Assembly (NCBI RefSeq): GCF_964355755.1
Contig: NC_092673.1
Coordinates: forward strand, 13,984,948-14,048,947
DNA length: 64,000 nucleotides
Direction of reading: 5' to 3'
Source: Antedon mediterranea
Lineage: Eukaryota; Animalia; Echinodermata
Position 1 is the stretch's first letter. Every line of letters begins with the position of its first letter. Of this stretch, positions 1 through 11,886 are shown piece after piece. A program made the position numbers and the translations under genes. A model generated the notes under the pieces. The model had not been told where the DNA came from. It did no database searches and was given only the letters and a program-made list of their open reading frames with translations.

Positions 1-129
1 CTGTAGTTTATATGTGATAAATGCCAGTGAATGAATCCGGTTGTGGCCGATTGTAGTTTATATATGATAAATACCAGTGAATATGAATGTGAATATGAAT
101 AAATGAAATACTGATGGAAATCAATGCTG

Positions 130-1011
130 CCTTCATATGATTGTGTCCGACTGATCTCGAACTACCACATTTATATTTACAGACATTCATTCTGACTTGG
201 TGAAAGAAGAAAGAAATGCCAGGAAAATAGGAGAAGAGGCTGCTGACAAGTTTTAAAACTTATTGAAAAAAGTGAAGACTTTTTTTCAGTAATTAAGCAA
301 AAGAAACTCAAAACCTTCTCACACAACACTACAAACACAAAGAAAATTGCCAAAGAAATGCTACTGAAGACTAGCAGAATTTTCTTCTCCCGTCTTTGTG
401 TCGTTTGACAGAAAAGTGACATTAAACTACCCGAAGTTTTTAAATACTCCCTTGGTGATGTTTCTTTTCCATTCCAAAGGAGCATTAGCAAAAACTGACA
501 AGTCAGCTTTACTGAAAGCTTTAGAAGATAAATGTGAAGATGTGATAATTAAAGATTCACCTGGATCAGGCTTAATAGTTGATAGAATGAGAGCAGGAAG
601 TGGGTATTAAAATTTATGGTCCAGAACAGAAGACACCAAGGCAGTTTAAGATATTTTTAAGTCATGGCAAAAACAAGGTAGAGCTGGTAGAATGTTTATT
701 TCAGTCCTGGAAATAGATGACAACATCTATTAAAATACTAGTGACAAGTTATGCCATGAGCTCTCTTGGAAGGACGGTGAGTGTAGATCCATTGAAATTC
801 ACACATTAGAAAGTGATCATGAGGAAGCAGACACAAGGCTTTTGCTTCATGCCAGTACACACCATCCTTCTGTAGTCATCAATAGCCCAGACGTGATGTT
901 GCTATCCTGGGTATTCATCACCAAGATATTGCATCTAATTTATACTTCTGGACAGGAATAAAAAAAATGAATGATTGATTTAAAGAAAATGTCCGATCAG
1001 CTTGGGTCAAG
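130..1011 (+). pseudogene. Decayed AcademX-like DNA transposon protein fragment (XPG/PIN-like nuclease region)
   Basis: Frameshifted pieces read FFSVIKQKKLKTFS, LFHSKGALAKTDKSALLKALE (ORF 398-610), KTPRQFKIFLSHGKNKVEL, and SDHEEADTRLLLHA (812-853) followed by VVINSPD-DVAILG. HEEADTR/SxDTDV is the acidic XPG-like signature of AcademX-type proteins. Confidence 0.65.
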
Positions 1012-1561
1012 TGTTTAATCAGGCTTCACACATGCTTTTCTATTTGGCTCTTTAACCATTCGTTTTGTGCTTTCATCATTGAGTGCTTTTACCTTTCGGC
1101 CCTTTTCACATCTCAACAAATATGACCTTTGACATCGGGCCAAATGACAAAATGTGACTGCTGCATGGAGCCTAGTCAAACTTGCCCAAGTCCGAAGCAG
1201 GTTGTTTCCAATAGGTGAAAAATTGTTCAACCAATCAAAACTCGGGGTTTTTCGATTTGGGTGTTTCATTTTTAAGTTGCTAAGGTATTTTTGTTATTTA
1301 ATGTTTTATTTTTTATTCACTGTGATTTTTCATTTGCTGTGGCTTTTTTCAAATTGCTGTGGCTTTTTTTTAAAAGTAAGTTGCCGTGATATTATTTGAA
1401 AGGTGCCGTGCCACCATAATTTTCTAATGAAATTCACACATAACATAACATAAACGGATACTAAACCAGCAAATTTGTATTTATCTACTGTTGTGATTTT
1501 TTGTGGTACCAGTGCGTTTGATCTATTGTATTTTGCCATAGATTGGTGGCTGTTTTAGGAT
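1012..1561 (+). mobile_element. Putative 5' LTR plus primer-binding-site-like sequence of the downstream Gypsy element
   Basis: Academ homology stops at a TG (1012). TGGTGGCTGTTTTAGGATCGA at 1544 looks like a tRNA 3'-end complement and lies about 200 bp before the gag ATG. No second LTR is present to confirm it. Confidence 0.35.
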
Positions 1562-1748
1562 CGACTGTACTGTTATTGATATATTTTGTGGAAGCGGTAC
1601 TTACGATACTGTGATATTTTACGGAAGCTACGTTTTGTTTAATTGTAAGTACAAAAACATTGTTTTAAGAACAGTGCATTATTTTATTGGGAAGAGTAGA
1701 CTTGTAACTAAGATTAACTAGTAACAAGACCCTCATCCAAATTAAAAT

Positions 1749-2930
1749 ATGGCTGATAAACAATCAACAACAAGATCCGATGAATCTGATTCTGATGTAG
1801 AATCGGTGCAGTCATTACAACCTGAACAACAGGCACAAGAGTCTGGACAAACCAGTGGACATAACCCTGCAGGGGCGGACTCATTTTCAAAAGATTTGTT
1901 GTTGTTGATGCAACAACAGAATCTTATGATGCAACAGATGATGGAACAACAAGAACGTTTACGTCGGAAAGATACTGAGAAACAAGAACGTTTACGTCAA
2001 GATAGATATGGTAAAACATAAGGAAGACATGGAAAAACAGCAAGCATTAGTAATGGCCTTAATGGATAAGCAAAAGGACAGCAACGAGAGACGATTGAAA
2101 GACATTATGAAATTGAAGGAAGTTCAGATTGCAAAACTTTCTGATAGTGATGATATTGAAAATTATCTCACTACGTTTGAACAAATTGCTATTAAACATG
2201 AGTGGCGAAAAGAACACTGGGTAGTAAAACTGATACCACATTTGACAGGCAAAGCATGAGCAGCCTATGCATCTCTACAGTACCAGTGACAGAAAGTAAC
2301 ACCTCCAACACATAACCAATTACCCTACTAATGTAAATCACCATGACTACGAATTCCAACCACAACCACAGGCATCTCCACAAAAACAGACTTGGAAAGG
2401 GAAGTAGAGGGACACTTCTCATGAGCAAGGAACTCTAGCTAGCTTTTGTTTCAAGTGTGGGGAAGAAGGCCATATTTGCCGTAGGTGTCTAAATTCCGCA
2501 AACATGGAGTCAGTTAATAAAAAGTTAGTTAAGCTAGTTCTTGGGGGAAAGGCCCAGGGAAACGCCACCGGACACCTGGCACAGGGCAACCAGGGGTCTA
2601 ACAAAAAATACAAATAAGTCCCTCATATGAAACTACAACAGATATTCCACAAGGCTTGGTTGGTGACATGATCTCTAGTAAATGTTGGGTAGACAATATT
2701 AATACTCAATGCCTTCTTGATAGTGGTTCTTTTAAGTTACTCTTATCTCTAAAAGTTTATTTGACGGCCTTAAGCGAAAACTATACCCACTGCATGATCT
2801 TGTTTTATTCCATAGAGGAGATAGAAAAATTCCATATTTAGGTTGGACCTATGTGTCCATGGGCTTTTGACAGTTCATTTAGTGGCACTAGTAATTGCTT
2901 TAATACACTTGCTAGTTGTCCCTGATGGAC
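1749..2930 (+). mobile_element. Ty3/Gypsy gag-protease remnant
   Basis: Gag: KLSDSDDIENYLTTFEQIA...WVVKLIPHLTGKA. CCHC knuckle CFKCGEEGHICRRC at 2447-2488. Protease: IPQGLVGD...CLLDSGS (2656-2730), then IPYLGW...LVVPD. Stops and frameshifts throughout; RT, RNase H and integrase are absent. Confidence 0.85.
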
Positions 2931-3328
2931 GCAATTCCAAATCACAACTCGGGTTTATTCAAAAATTGTTTCCAGTCATGTAGACGCCAAGCAGGTGATA
3001 GATTTGTACAAAACTTAATGTAAAAGATAAAAATATGGTAATACAAATGTTGAAATGAATAAAGATATATAGCGGGTTTTTTTTTAACTCATTAAGTATG
3101 AAAAAATTGCGTTTTTGTTTGTCATTTTTGTAAGCCCACATTGTTTTTTCTGAATCTCGGACATTACGTCTTTATGACATTGTGACGTCATTCTTGTACA
3201 CTCGTTGTACTTCCGGGACTGTGAACCGCGATGCTGATTGGTATTCTTTTTCATTGCGATCCTTTCATCAACCAATACATAATTCAATAGCCTAAAATAT
3301 TTTCAATTAATTCTGGTCTTTATTCAAC

Positions 3329-3635
3329 ATGCGCTGTGTGGCGTATGGTTGCAGCGAAGGAGGTAAAATTACGGAGGGAATGGACTTTAGCTGCCCAAAA
3401 AACCAGAATGGATTGGAAGCCTAGTAAATACTTGGCGTTGTGTATCGACTATTTTGAACTCGAATGCTACAAAGAGAAGGCCCGGTTTGGGAGTGAGCTC
3501 GGCGTAAGTGGCAAAATAAACAAACGATTAAAGCCAAATATGAAGCCAACAATATTTGTGAAGCCTAAAACACCAAGTCAAAGTGTTAACAAAAATCGAA
3601 GATCTACCGCCTATGAAAAGAGAGAGTGCAACAGG
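3329..3635 (+). pseudogene. THAP zinc-finger exon of a Kolobok-type transposase (degenerate)
   Basis: ATG at 3329 gives MRCVAYGCS, then a deletion/frameshift into LRREWT...WKPSKYLALCIDYF...RLKPNMKPTIF. Ends at a GTAAGT donor. Clear paralog of 24186-24542. Confidence 0.75.
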
Positions 3636-4149
3636 GTAAGTCAATTATTGTAGGCCTTTCTTCTAGACTCCTATTGTTCGGCGTTCGTAATTTTATTTTA
3701 TTTTTAAACAAGTCACATGAAAAACTACATCAAGCATTCCCATCTTATTATTACTAAAATATTCAAGCTTTACTTGCAACCAATTATAAACACCCCTATA
3801 TTCAACTTGTCTGTTCTATGTATTTTAAATATAGTAATCAGATATTTCCTGTGGAAGAAGTGAGACAACTGCCTGAAAAACAACCGAACATAGAGCCAGA
3901 TGTAGATTTTAATGAAGAGATGGAAAGTGAATGTACTATAGATAGTATGGAAGAAACTAATGCCCTACTATTGAGTGGGTTTAAGAATGGGCCGCTTTTA
4001 AATGAAGCAATTGTTATTAATAATACATCAGCCTTCAATAGAAGCAAACACACCTGCTTCACAGGAAGCATCTAGGCCTAACTCTGCACACGCAGTACTA
4101 GGCACCTCAAATCATACTCATAGTATTTAGGATAGGGGACATCCTTAGT

Positions 4150-4425
4150 ATTTTTTTGGGGAGATGATTTTGACAAAGAAGCTCAGCCCGAGGGGGATGA
4201 TGTAGACTCCATTCTCCAGGGAATAGATGCGTCTTTATGCATTACAACAATGTGGGATCCAACATTTCAGATAAGATTGCCAAAATAGTAAATAAAAAAT
4301 TTGAAACTATTGTTGAGAAATATCAGGTACCTGGCAATTTACCAGAATTATATGTTCCCAGAGTAAATGAACAGATCTGGGGAGGATTGAAAAGTTTTAA
4401 CAAACAACAAGATTTAAGAGCAGCA
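4150..4425 (+). pseudogene. DIRS-like retrotransposon gag fragment
   Basis: VGSNISDKIAKIVN...EKYQVPGNLPELYVPRVNEQIWGGL...QQDLR resembles the YxxPxN...VPxVNxEIW pattern of DIRS ORF1. Confidence 0.5.
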
Positions 4426-6455
4426 ATGTCGAATCTACGTAAATTGTACGTAGTCGAAAAATTTGAACGGCCAACTGACTGAAACGCCTACCTATACAAG
4501 AAGAACGCTGACCATGGGAACAAGGGAGGCCCCCATGAATATAACTCTATGGGGATCTGCGGCGGAAAATTCCGCAACCCTCACGGACAACACTGTTGTA
4601 AGCGCCGTCGTGATAACGCAAGAAGGCCGTGCCTTAAGAACAGCATCAGCTAAATTTACCGTAAATTGTAACCCCATTCATATACCAAAACAAATCAATA
4701 TACAAATAAACTTTTAAAAGTAGGCCTATCGTAAAATCACATAACCTGCTAGATGCATTGACGATGGGTAAGATTTTCTACTGATTATTAAAAAAGTCCT
4801 CCCACATTTAATTCAACCCATACCAAATTGTTATCGTTTTCACAGTCTTACAGAGCCCATAAAGTTTCTGCAATGCAATGTTCCCAGAGTAAATGAACAG
4901 ATCTGGGGAGGATTGAAAAGTTTTAACAAACAACAAGATTTAAGAGCAGCGATGTCAAAACTACGTAAATTGTACGTAGTCGAAAAATTTGAACGGAGGG
5001 AAAGTTTCAAGGGGAGATCCTTCGGTGTTGGTTCAGTGTTCGAATGTGGTGATACCGAAGTAAAGAATTGCTATATAAATGATATCGAAGGTGTAGTGTA
5101 GTAGCAGAATGATTATTCATGTTAGAAGTGGGAAGAAAAGTTATGATAACAGAAGTTAAACCAAGTCTTGATAATACTCGTTTCTAAAATAAATATCACA
5201 ATGTTGCCTTAAAATAATTATATTTCTCTTTTAGATCGGCCAACTGACTGAAACGCCTACCTATACAAGAAGAACGCTGACCATGGGAACAAGGGAGGCC
5301 CCCATGAATATAACTCTATGGGGATCTGCGGCGGAAAATGCCGCAACCCTCACGGACAACATTATTGTAAGCGCCGTCGTGATAACGCAAGAAGGCCATG
5401 CCTTAAGAACAGCATCAACTAAATTTACGGTAAATTGCAACCCCATTCACATACCAAAACAAATTAATAAACTTTTAAAAGTAGGCCTATCGTAAAATCA
5501 CATAACCTGCTAGATGCGATATCCAAATCGTAGCGATTGGGGGGGATATTGACGATGGGTAAGATTTCTAATGATTATTAATAAAGTCCTCCCACATTTA
5601 ATTCAACCCATACCAAATTGTTATCATTTTCACAGTCTTACAGAGCCAATAAAGTTTCTGCAATGCAACGTTCCCAGAGTAAATGAACAGATCTGGGGAG
5701 GAGTGAAAAGTTTTACAACAAGATTTAAGAGCAACGATGACTAAACTATACGTAAATTGTACGTAGTCGAAAAATTTGAACGGAGGGAAAGTTTCAAGGG
5801 GAGATCCTTCGGTGCTGGTTCAGTGTTCGAATGTGGTGATACCGAAGTAAAGAATTGCTATATAAATGATATCGAAGGTGTAGTAGCAGAATGATTATTC
5901 ATGTTAGAAGTGGGAAGAAAAGTTATGATAACAGAAGTTAAACCAAGTCTTGATAATAACTCGTTTCTAAAATATATATCACAATGTTGCCTTAAAATAA
6001 TTATATTTCTCTTTTAGATCGGCCAACTGACTGAAACGCCTACCTATACAAGAAGAACGCTAACCATGGGAACAAGGGAGGCCCCCATGAATATAACTCT
6101 ATGGGGATCAGCGGCGGAAAATGCCGCAACCCTCACGGACAACATTGTTGTAAACGCCGTCGTGATAACGCAAGAAGGCCATGCCTTAAGAACAGCATCA
6201 ACTAAATTTACGGTAAATTGCAACCCCATTCATATACCAAAACAAATCAATATACAAATAAACTTTTAAAAGTAGGCCTATCGTAAAATCACATAACCTG
6301 CTAGATGCGATATCCAAATCGTAGCGATTGGGGGGATATTGACGATGGGTAAGATTTTCTAATGATTATTAATAAAGTCCTCCCACATTTAATTCAACCC
6401 ATACCAAATTGTTATCGTTTTCACAGTCTTACAGAGCCAATAAAGTTTCTGCAAT
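4354..6455 (+). repeat. Tandem triplication (~790-bp unit) containing exons of an OB-fold/RPA-like gene
   Basis: Units start GTTCCCAGAGTAAATGAAC at 4354, 4880 and 5670. Copy 1 is internally deleted (526 bp). Each encodes TYTRRTLTMGTREAPMNITLWGSAAEN, an RPA70-like 'ITLWG' OB-fold motif; ag/gt splice sites flank it in the two full copies. Confidence 0.85.
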
Positions 6456-7289
6456 CTGCAGTTTCAATCATGTTTCAACAGTATTTGAACAAATAGTATT
6501 ATTACTTTATGCAATGATGTATTTTTCTTTGTTTTTTCAACTCCAGGAACTAGGTCCTTCGACATGTTAAAAATCAAATAATTAAATAAAACAACACAAA
6601 ATACAAACAATGTTTCAAAATGTGTATGCTACTAACTATTACATTTCCTTTTTTCAGGTACCCAGTAGATATTGTAACAGACGACGGAAAAACATACAAG
6701 GTGCTAGAAGAGTTATCGTTCAAATTAAACTGAGTTGTATGATTTTTTTTTAATAAATAAAATTTTCTGATGTTTGTTCAACTACAAATTGAAGTAAGAA
6801 AAGACCAAAATGTGGTAGGTGTATGTATGTACATATATACATGTTTTAATGATTTTTTTTTTGCGTGATTTTAAGGTTTTTACAAATTTTGCTAATTTTA
6901 ATGTGAATATTCGTAATTTTTTCAGACTACTGACGGTGTCCATGTCAACAGCTAGGGGCAGCCCGAAGAAAACGAGGCTATCTGTTGGTCCTAATTTGTT
7001 TTGCTAGGCCCAATAGATCATGTTACATTCCACAAGGGGGATGTGTATATTTTTATTTAGCTATTTATATATACACTGATTGTGCTTCAATTAATAATTC
7101 TTTGACTGGAATTCTTAGTATCTTTAGAAAAAGATCCTGCTCTCAGAAGAGATTATCTACGAGGGGTAACGGAATAAAGAATATTTTAGCACAACACAAA
7201 GAGAATTTGAACGGAAATTTATACATAAAATATTAATTAGAACTTTGATAAACAGAATCTTAGCCATATTGATTCATGATCCGATATCT

Positions 7290-8100
7290 ACAACTCATCA
7301 ACTTCCCGAATATGTAATTTTAAAAAAGTTCACGTCAACATGAAAATAAAATAGAAGTTGCAGAATACTTTGCATCAACTGGAAATAAGAAGAATTAATT
7401 ACACTAATTCACAATAAAGGTAATCAATCTACACAGTTCTGAAGGAGAAGAGAGATGAAATTATGCCAGTTTACAGACCAGACAATCAGGCAAACTGTTT
7501 TGGGTGGTATGCTAAAACTGAGCACAAATACTTATTTTGTACAGCAATGAAGGAAAAGCAAAAGCTAAAAGGAGAGGAAATGTTTTCCCCTATACCTAAT
7601 ACTGAATGTAATGATCAAGTTAATCAGGTCTTAGCAGGGTTACATTCTAAAGATATAGAGAGATTGATAAAAGGTGATTATTTGATTATAGAACTAACAA
7701 AGAAATGGTGCTTCAAGTTGGCTTATGACTGTGAACAATATAATCATATACGGGGACAAGCCTCCGAATGATGTTGTAACCTTATCAGCATATTTACAAT
7801 CCAAAACAGAAGAAGACATGGCACAACTGAAAATTATATAGACTCAAATAAACCTTGGACAGAACTGAGTAGAATTATTATGACCTACCTTATTGTGTTT
7901 AATTGCAGGAGAGAGGGTGAATAAATCGAATGGGAGCAGGACTTGGTAACGATTTTATGAAGGGTTGAAATTACTGGAATGCGTGGGAGAACAGTACAAG
8001 TTATGATGACGTCATTTATTAAGGTAACAATGGACACTTTTTACTTTTTTTGCAGTGCCTTCTGAAACATGTGTGTCACACATGAGAGGATGCCTTGCGG
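7290..8100 (+). pseudogene. Tyrosine-recombinase-like protein of the FNRRRxGE/GKRGR family (Crypton-like), decayed
   Basis: LIHNKGN...EIMPVYRP; ERLIKGDYLIIEL...QYNHIR; WTELSRIIMTYLIVFNCRREGE (7856-7921); EWEQDL...RVEITGMRGRTVQVMMT; FAVPS...HMRG. Multiple deletions and stops. Confidence 0.7.
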
Positions 8101-8264
8101 TACCACTCGGATAAATATGGGGCAAAGATGCCAGAGTTACAACATTTTGTAAGTAAAATGTGTACATGAATTCATATCTACAACTCAATGGCTTCCAGAA
8201 TTCATGCATTCTGAAGAATTATTTTCATTTTCAAAATGCCTTATTTTTTACCATTTTTCTGGAC

Positions 8265-8620
8265 AACAGAAAGGGAAAAGCGTTTCGAAAAGAAATTGAA
8301 AGCCCTAATGAAAGAAATAAAGGTACTGAAAGAGAGAGTGAAAGTTCTGGAAGGTACATAAGAAGTGGATGAAACGGTTTCCAATGTGCACACAATAGCC
8401 GAATTACGGGATGCCGTAAGGGCGACGAATCCCGTGCAGCAGGCTTGTGAATTTTTGCTGCTAAAACGTTTTACAAAGAATAAAATTACATCCTGCACAG
8501 TGACCGGGGAAAAACCCAATAAATGGCACAGATCAGTCACTAAATCCTAAAAGGTTTGCAGTCTTTATGGATATCATTCAGACAACAATAGGACATAATT
8601 GAAAAGGTGCAGAAAATGCA
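8265..8620 (+). pseudogene. Possible BEN-domain protein fragment
   Basis: Coiled-coil-like stretch followed by QQACEFLLLKRFTKNKITSCTVTGEK, resembling the BEN 'LL..FT.EE...S.VTG' motif. Confidence 0.4.
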
Positions 8621-8723
8621 ACTAAAATAATTTAAAAATACATATAAATGAAAACCGTTTGTTATATATTGATTTTCATAAATGATCATTTAATACATAT
8701 TATTTCTTTCTTCATTTTGACAG

Positions 8724-10113
8724 AAACAATTTAGTAGAAGCTTTGTACAGGAATGATTTGCAAACAGTTGAACAAATTTGTAGAACACAACTAGATCTTC
8801 TGAAATGAGGTATGAGGTATAACAAAAGATAAATTGTTTCATAGATAGAATTGTTTTAATCCATCAATCTTCTTGAACAATTTTTCAAATACAATTTTAT
8901 GCAATATAAACATTCACATTTTTTCTATTACTACTTGCCAGTGTTTTCCGTTCCAGGATGGAAACACTCCACTATATGTGTATCTGAGTAATGGATATGA
9001 ACCTACGTTAGGTATAGTGAATTGTCTCATAAATCACGGTGCATCAACAACATTACAAAATAAGGTAATTTAACTTTTCTATTTTTAAATTTTCAATAAT
9101 GAAAATTAGAATTAGGATAAATTAGGAAACTTATTCAGCAGGAATTGCTGTGATTGATCTGTCAAGTCTGTTACCAGTAATATAAACTTCATTACTATTA
9201 TTCCTTTCCAGGATGAGAACACACTACATGCATATCTGAGTGTTAATAACAACACTAACAATCTCTAGATTACTACTGTAAAAACCATTCTATTTTTCTT
9301 TTAATTACAAGATGATTTGCTAAATTGTTTAGCAGTATTATTATTCTTGCAATGGTTTGCATTGACAGAAAATCAAGTTTAAATTAATTTACAGGATGGA
9401 AACACTCCGTTACATATATATTTGAATAGTAACCGGTCTCATAAATCATGGTGCATCAATAACAGTGCAGAATAAGGTAATCTAACAGAAAAGGATAACA
9501 ATCCTTAGATATGCTGCGGTAATCTATTTTTTTCTTTTTATAAATAATGATAATTTATAGGATTACTACATTATTTAGTAGTAATTATGGTTTGTATTTT
9601 ATTGACAGAAAACCAATTTCACTATCAATGTTTTTAAACTCCATTACTTTGATTCCTTTCCAGGATGGAAACACTCCACTGCATGTATATCTGAGTGATA
9701 GATATAAACCTAAAATAGAGTGTTACTTATTTAGCAATAATTGTTGCTATGGTTTGTATTAAAAGGAATACATGTTTTTAAATATGTTCATGACTATGGT
9801 TCTTTTCCCGGATGGAGACAATCCACTGTATGTGTATCTGAGTAATGGATATGAACCTACCTTAGGGGATATAGTGACTTGTCTCATAAATCATGGAGCA
9901 TCAACAACATTTCAAAATAAGGTAAACATTTGCCAATGTAATAGGCTAACAATCTCGAGATTTTTCCCCTAATTTATCAAATGTTTTCATTATAATAATT
10001 TCTTTCCAGGATGGAAACACTACACTACATGTATACCTGAGTAATAGATATTACCCTAGAAATACAGTAGTAGTCTCATAAACCACGGTGCATCATTTGT
10101 ATTGCAAAATAAG
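8724..10113 (+). pseudogene. Ankyrin-repeat gene with six tandemly duplicated one-repeat exons
   Basis: Exons start DGNTPL-like at 8957, 9212, 9395, 9664, 9811 and 10010; complete ones end ...NHGAS..QNK|gt (9064, 9476, 9921, 10113). The first is a clean 108-nt phase-0 exon; the others are truncated, deleted or have lost the acceptor. Confidence 0.85.
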
Positions 10114-11802
10114 GTAGTGTACAAAGAATTTTCAGAAAAATCTCTATTTCTGCGTAAGTAAACAATTCTAATATTCCTACATCAAATAGGTTATTTACTG
10201 CTCAGAACAATTACTAAGTTCAGTGGCAAGTACTTAAAATTAAGGATTTGGAAATGAAGGAAGAGAAAGGAAGACAGGTGATGAGGAAGCGGTACTCCTT
10301 CTATTTTTTTTAATGAAAAAAGCTTTAATAACAAGATAAATCAGAACAGTGACTTACAGAAAGAATAAAAAAGTAACCACAATTAAATAAGTATAAATTT
10401 ACAAAAAATAAAACACATTTTTCGAGCCTGGTTAGAAAGATGAATTTAGGCTGCATTATGTCATCATGCAGTGGGCTGCAGGGGGTAGTGTGGCTAATTG
10501 TGTGGTGTGTGGTGTGTGTGTTCTTTTTCTCTTTAGAATCCATCTGGAGTAGATGTATTTAAATATTGTATCTGCACAGGTTTTTGTGTCTTTTATTCTA
10601 TCCTACAAGTTCCGGAGTAGACAGGTTTTTGTATCTTCTATTTTATCCTACAAGGTTTTAACAATTCTAAGTAGAAACAATAGTTTACACTCATTGTGAA
10701 GATTCAAATTTGAGTTAAGGAACGGCCTCTCCGACATGCAGAACAGATCTTGTAGGACACTCATTTGTACGACAGTTGGAATGCTATACCAGATTGTACA
10801 AGATTGTACAATATCAATTATTATTCAAGAGAGGGTGCAACGAGATCCAACTTCCCTAGTCTGCTTAAGGATGTCTACGTCTAATTATATCGTTTACATT
10901 CATCTAAGAGAGAATGACGTTGATAAACGTTCCAATGGTTTCATTGTGAACAAACTCAACAATTTAATTGACTTCCTTAAATTTGGGCTGATTGTAAACA
11001 AATTGTTACAAAGTTCATCTTTATAGTTCAAACTTGAATAAAATGTGCATACAAGAATACAAATTCCATTGAAATATTTCATTTAATAACAGAATAATTT
11101 TTGTTAAAGAATTATAGCTTCAGTCGTTTCACGTGGCAGTATTAAAAAAAGATGAAGTATATCTAAAGTACCAAATACTTAGATGGACTAAGATAAACAA
11201 ACACAACAACAAAATTCCACGGTCTAAAAAAAGACTGTTTTTGCTCTATGCAGGTTTGGAAGAAAAGTCAATATCAATACTGGAAGTTAATACTGTACCA
11301 AACGATTTCTACAAGATTATAATATACATACTTTCGAAGTTTCTGAAGCTGAAAAACTGTGGAAGGTTTGAATTATTGGTATGTTTAGGCATTGAGGGTA
11401 AACCGAATGCGATAAAAGGAAGATACAGCTCAACCAATTTGAATGGGTAGGTTTGGTCAACGTTGGATTGACGTCTGAAATCAAAACACATTAGATCCTA
11501 AATTATGTGGATATGCACAGAAGGAAGAAATGTTATTAAAAAAACACTAGACCTGATGATTTTTATCTTGAATACCTTCTAGATCATACAAATATGCATG
11601 CTAGAACACAACAAACTCTGCACAATTTAACCGACGGATCGAACAGTAATGACTTATTATTTGAACCTATCAGGATTGCTCGAAAGCTTCAGTAGCAAGA
11701 ACAGTAGCTTGAAAAAATTCTACATTTGCAAGAAGAATTGTAAAATTTGTATAGTGGATTCCACTAAGAATAATTATATGTATATTCTACAAAAAGAGTT
11801 TT

Positions 11803-11886
11803 AAAATAGTGAAACTTGAAACAAAAATAGTGAAACTTGAAACAAAAATAGTGAAACTTGAAACAAAAATAGTGAAACTTGAAACA
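11803..11886 (+). repeat. 21-bp tandem repeat x4 (AAAATAGTGAAACTTGAAACA)
   Basis: Four perfect copies read directly from the sequence. Confidence 0.95.

Noticed and set aside
10736-11082. Possible LINE C-terminal fragment on the minus strand
   Set aside because: Similarity too weak to support without a search.
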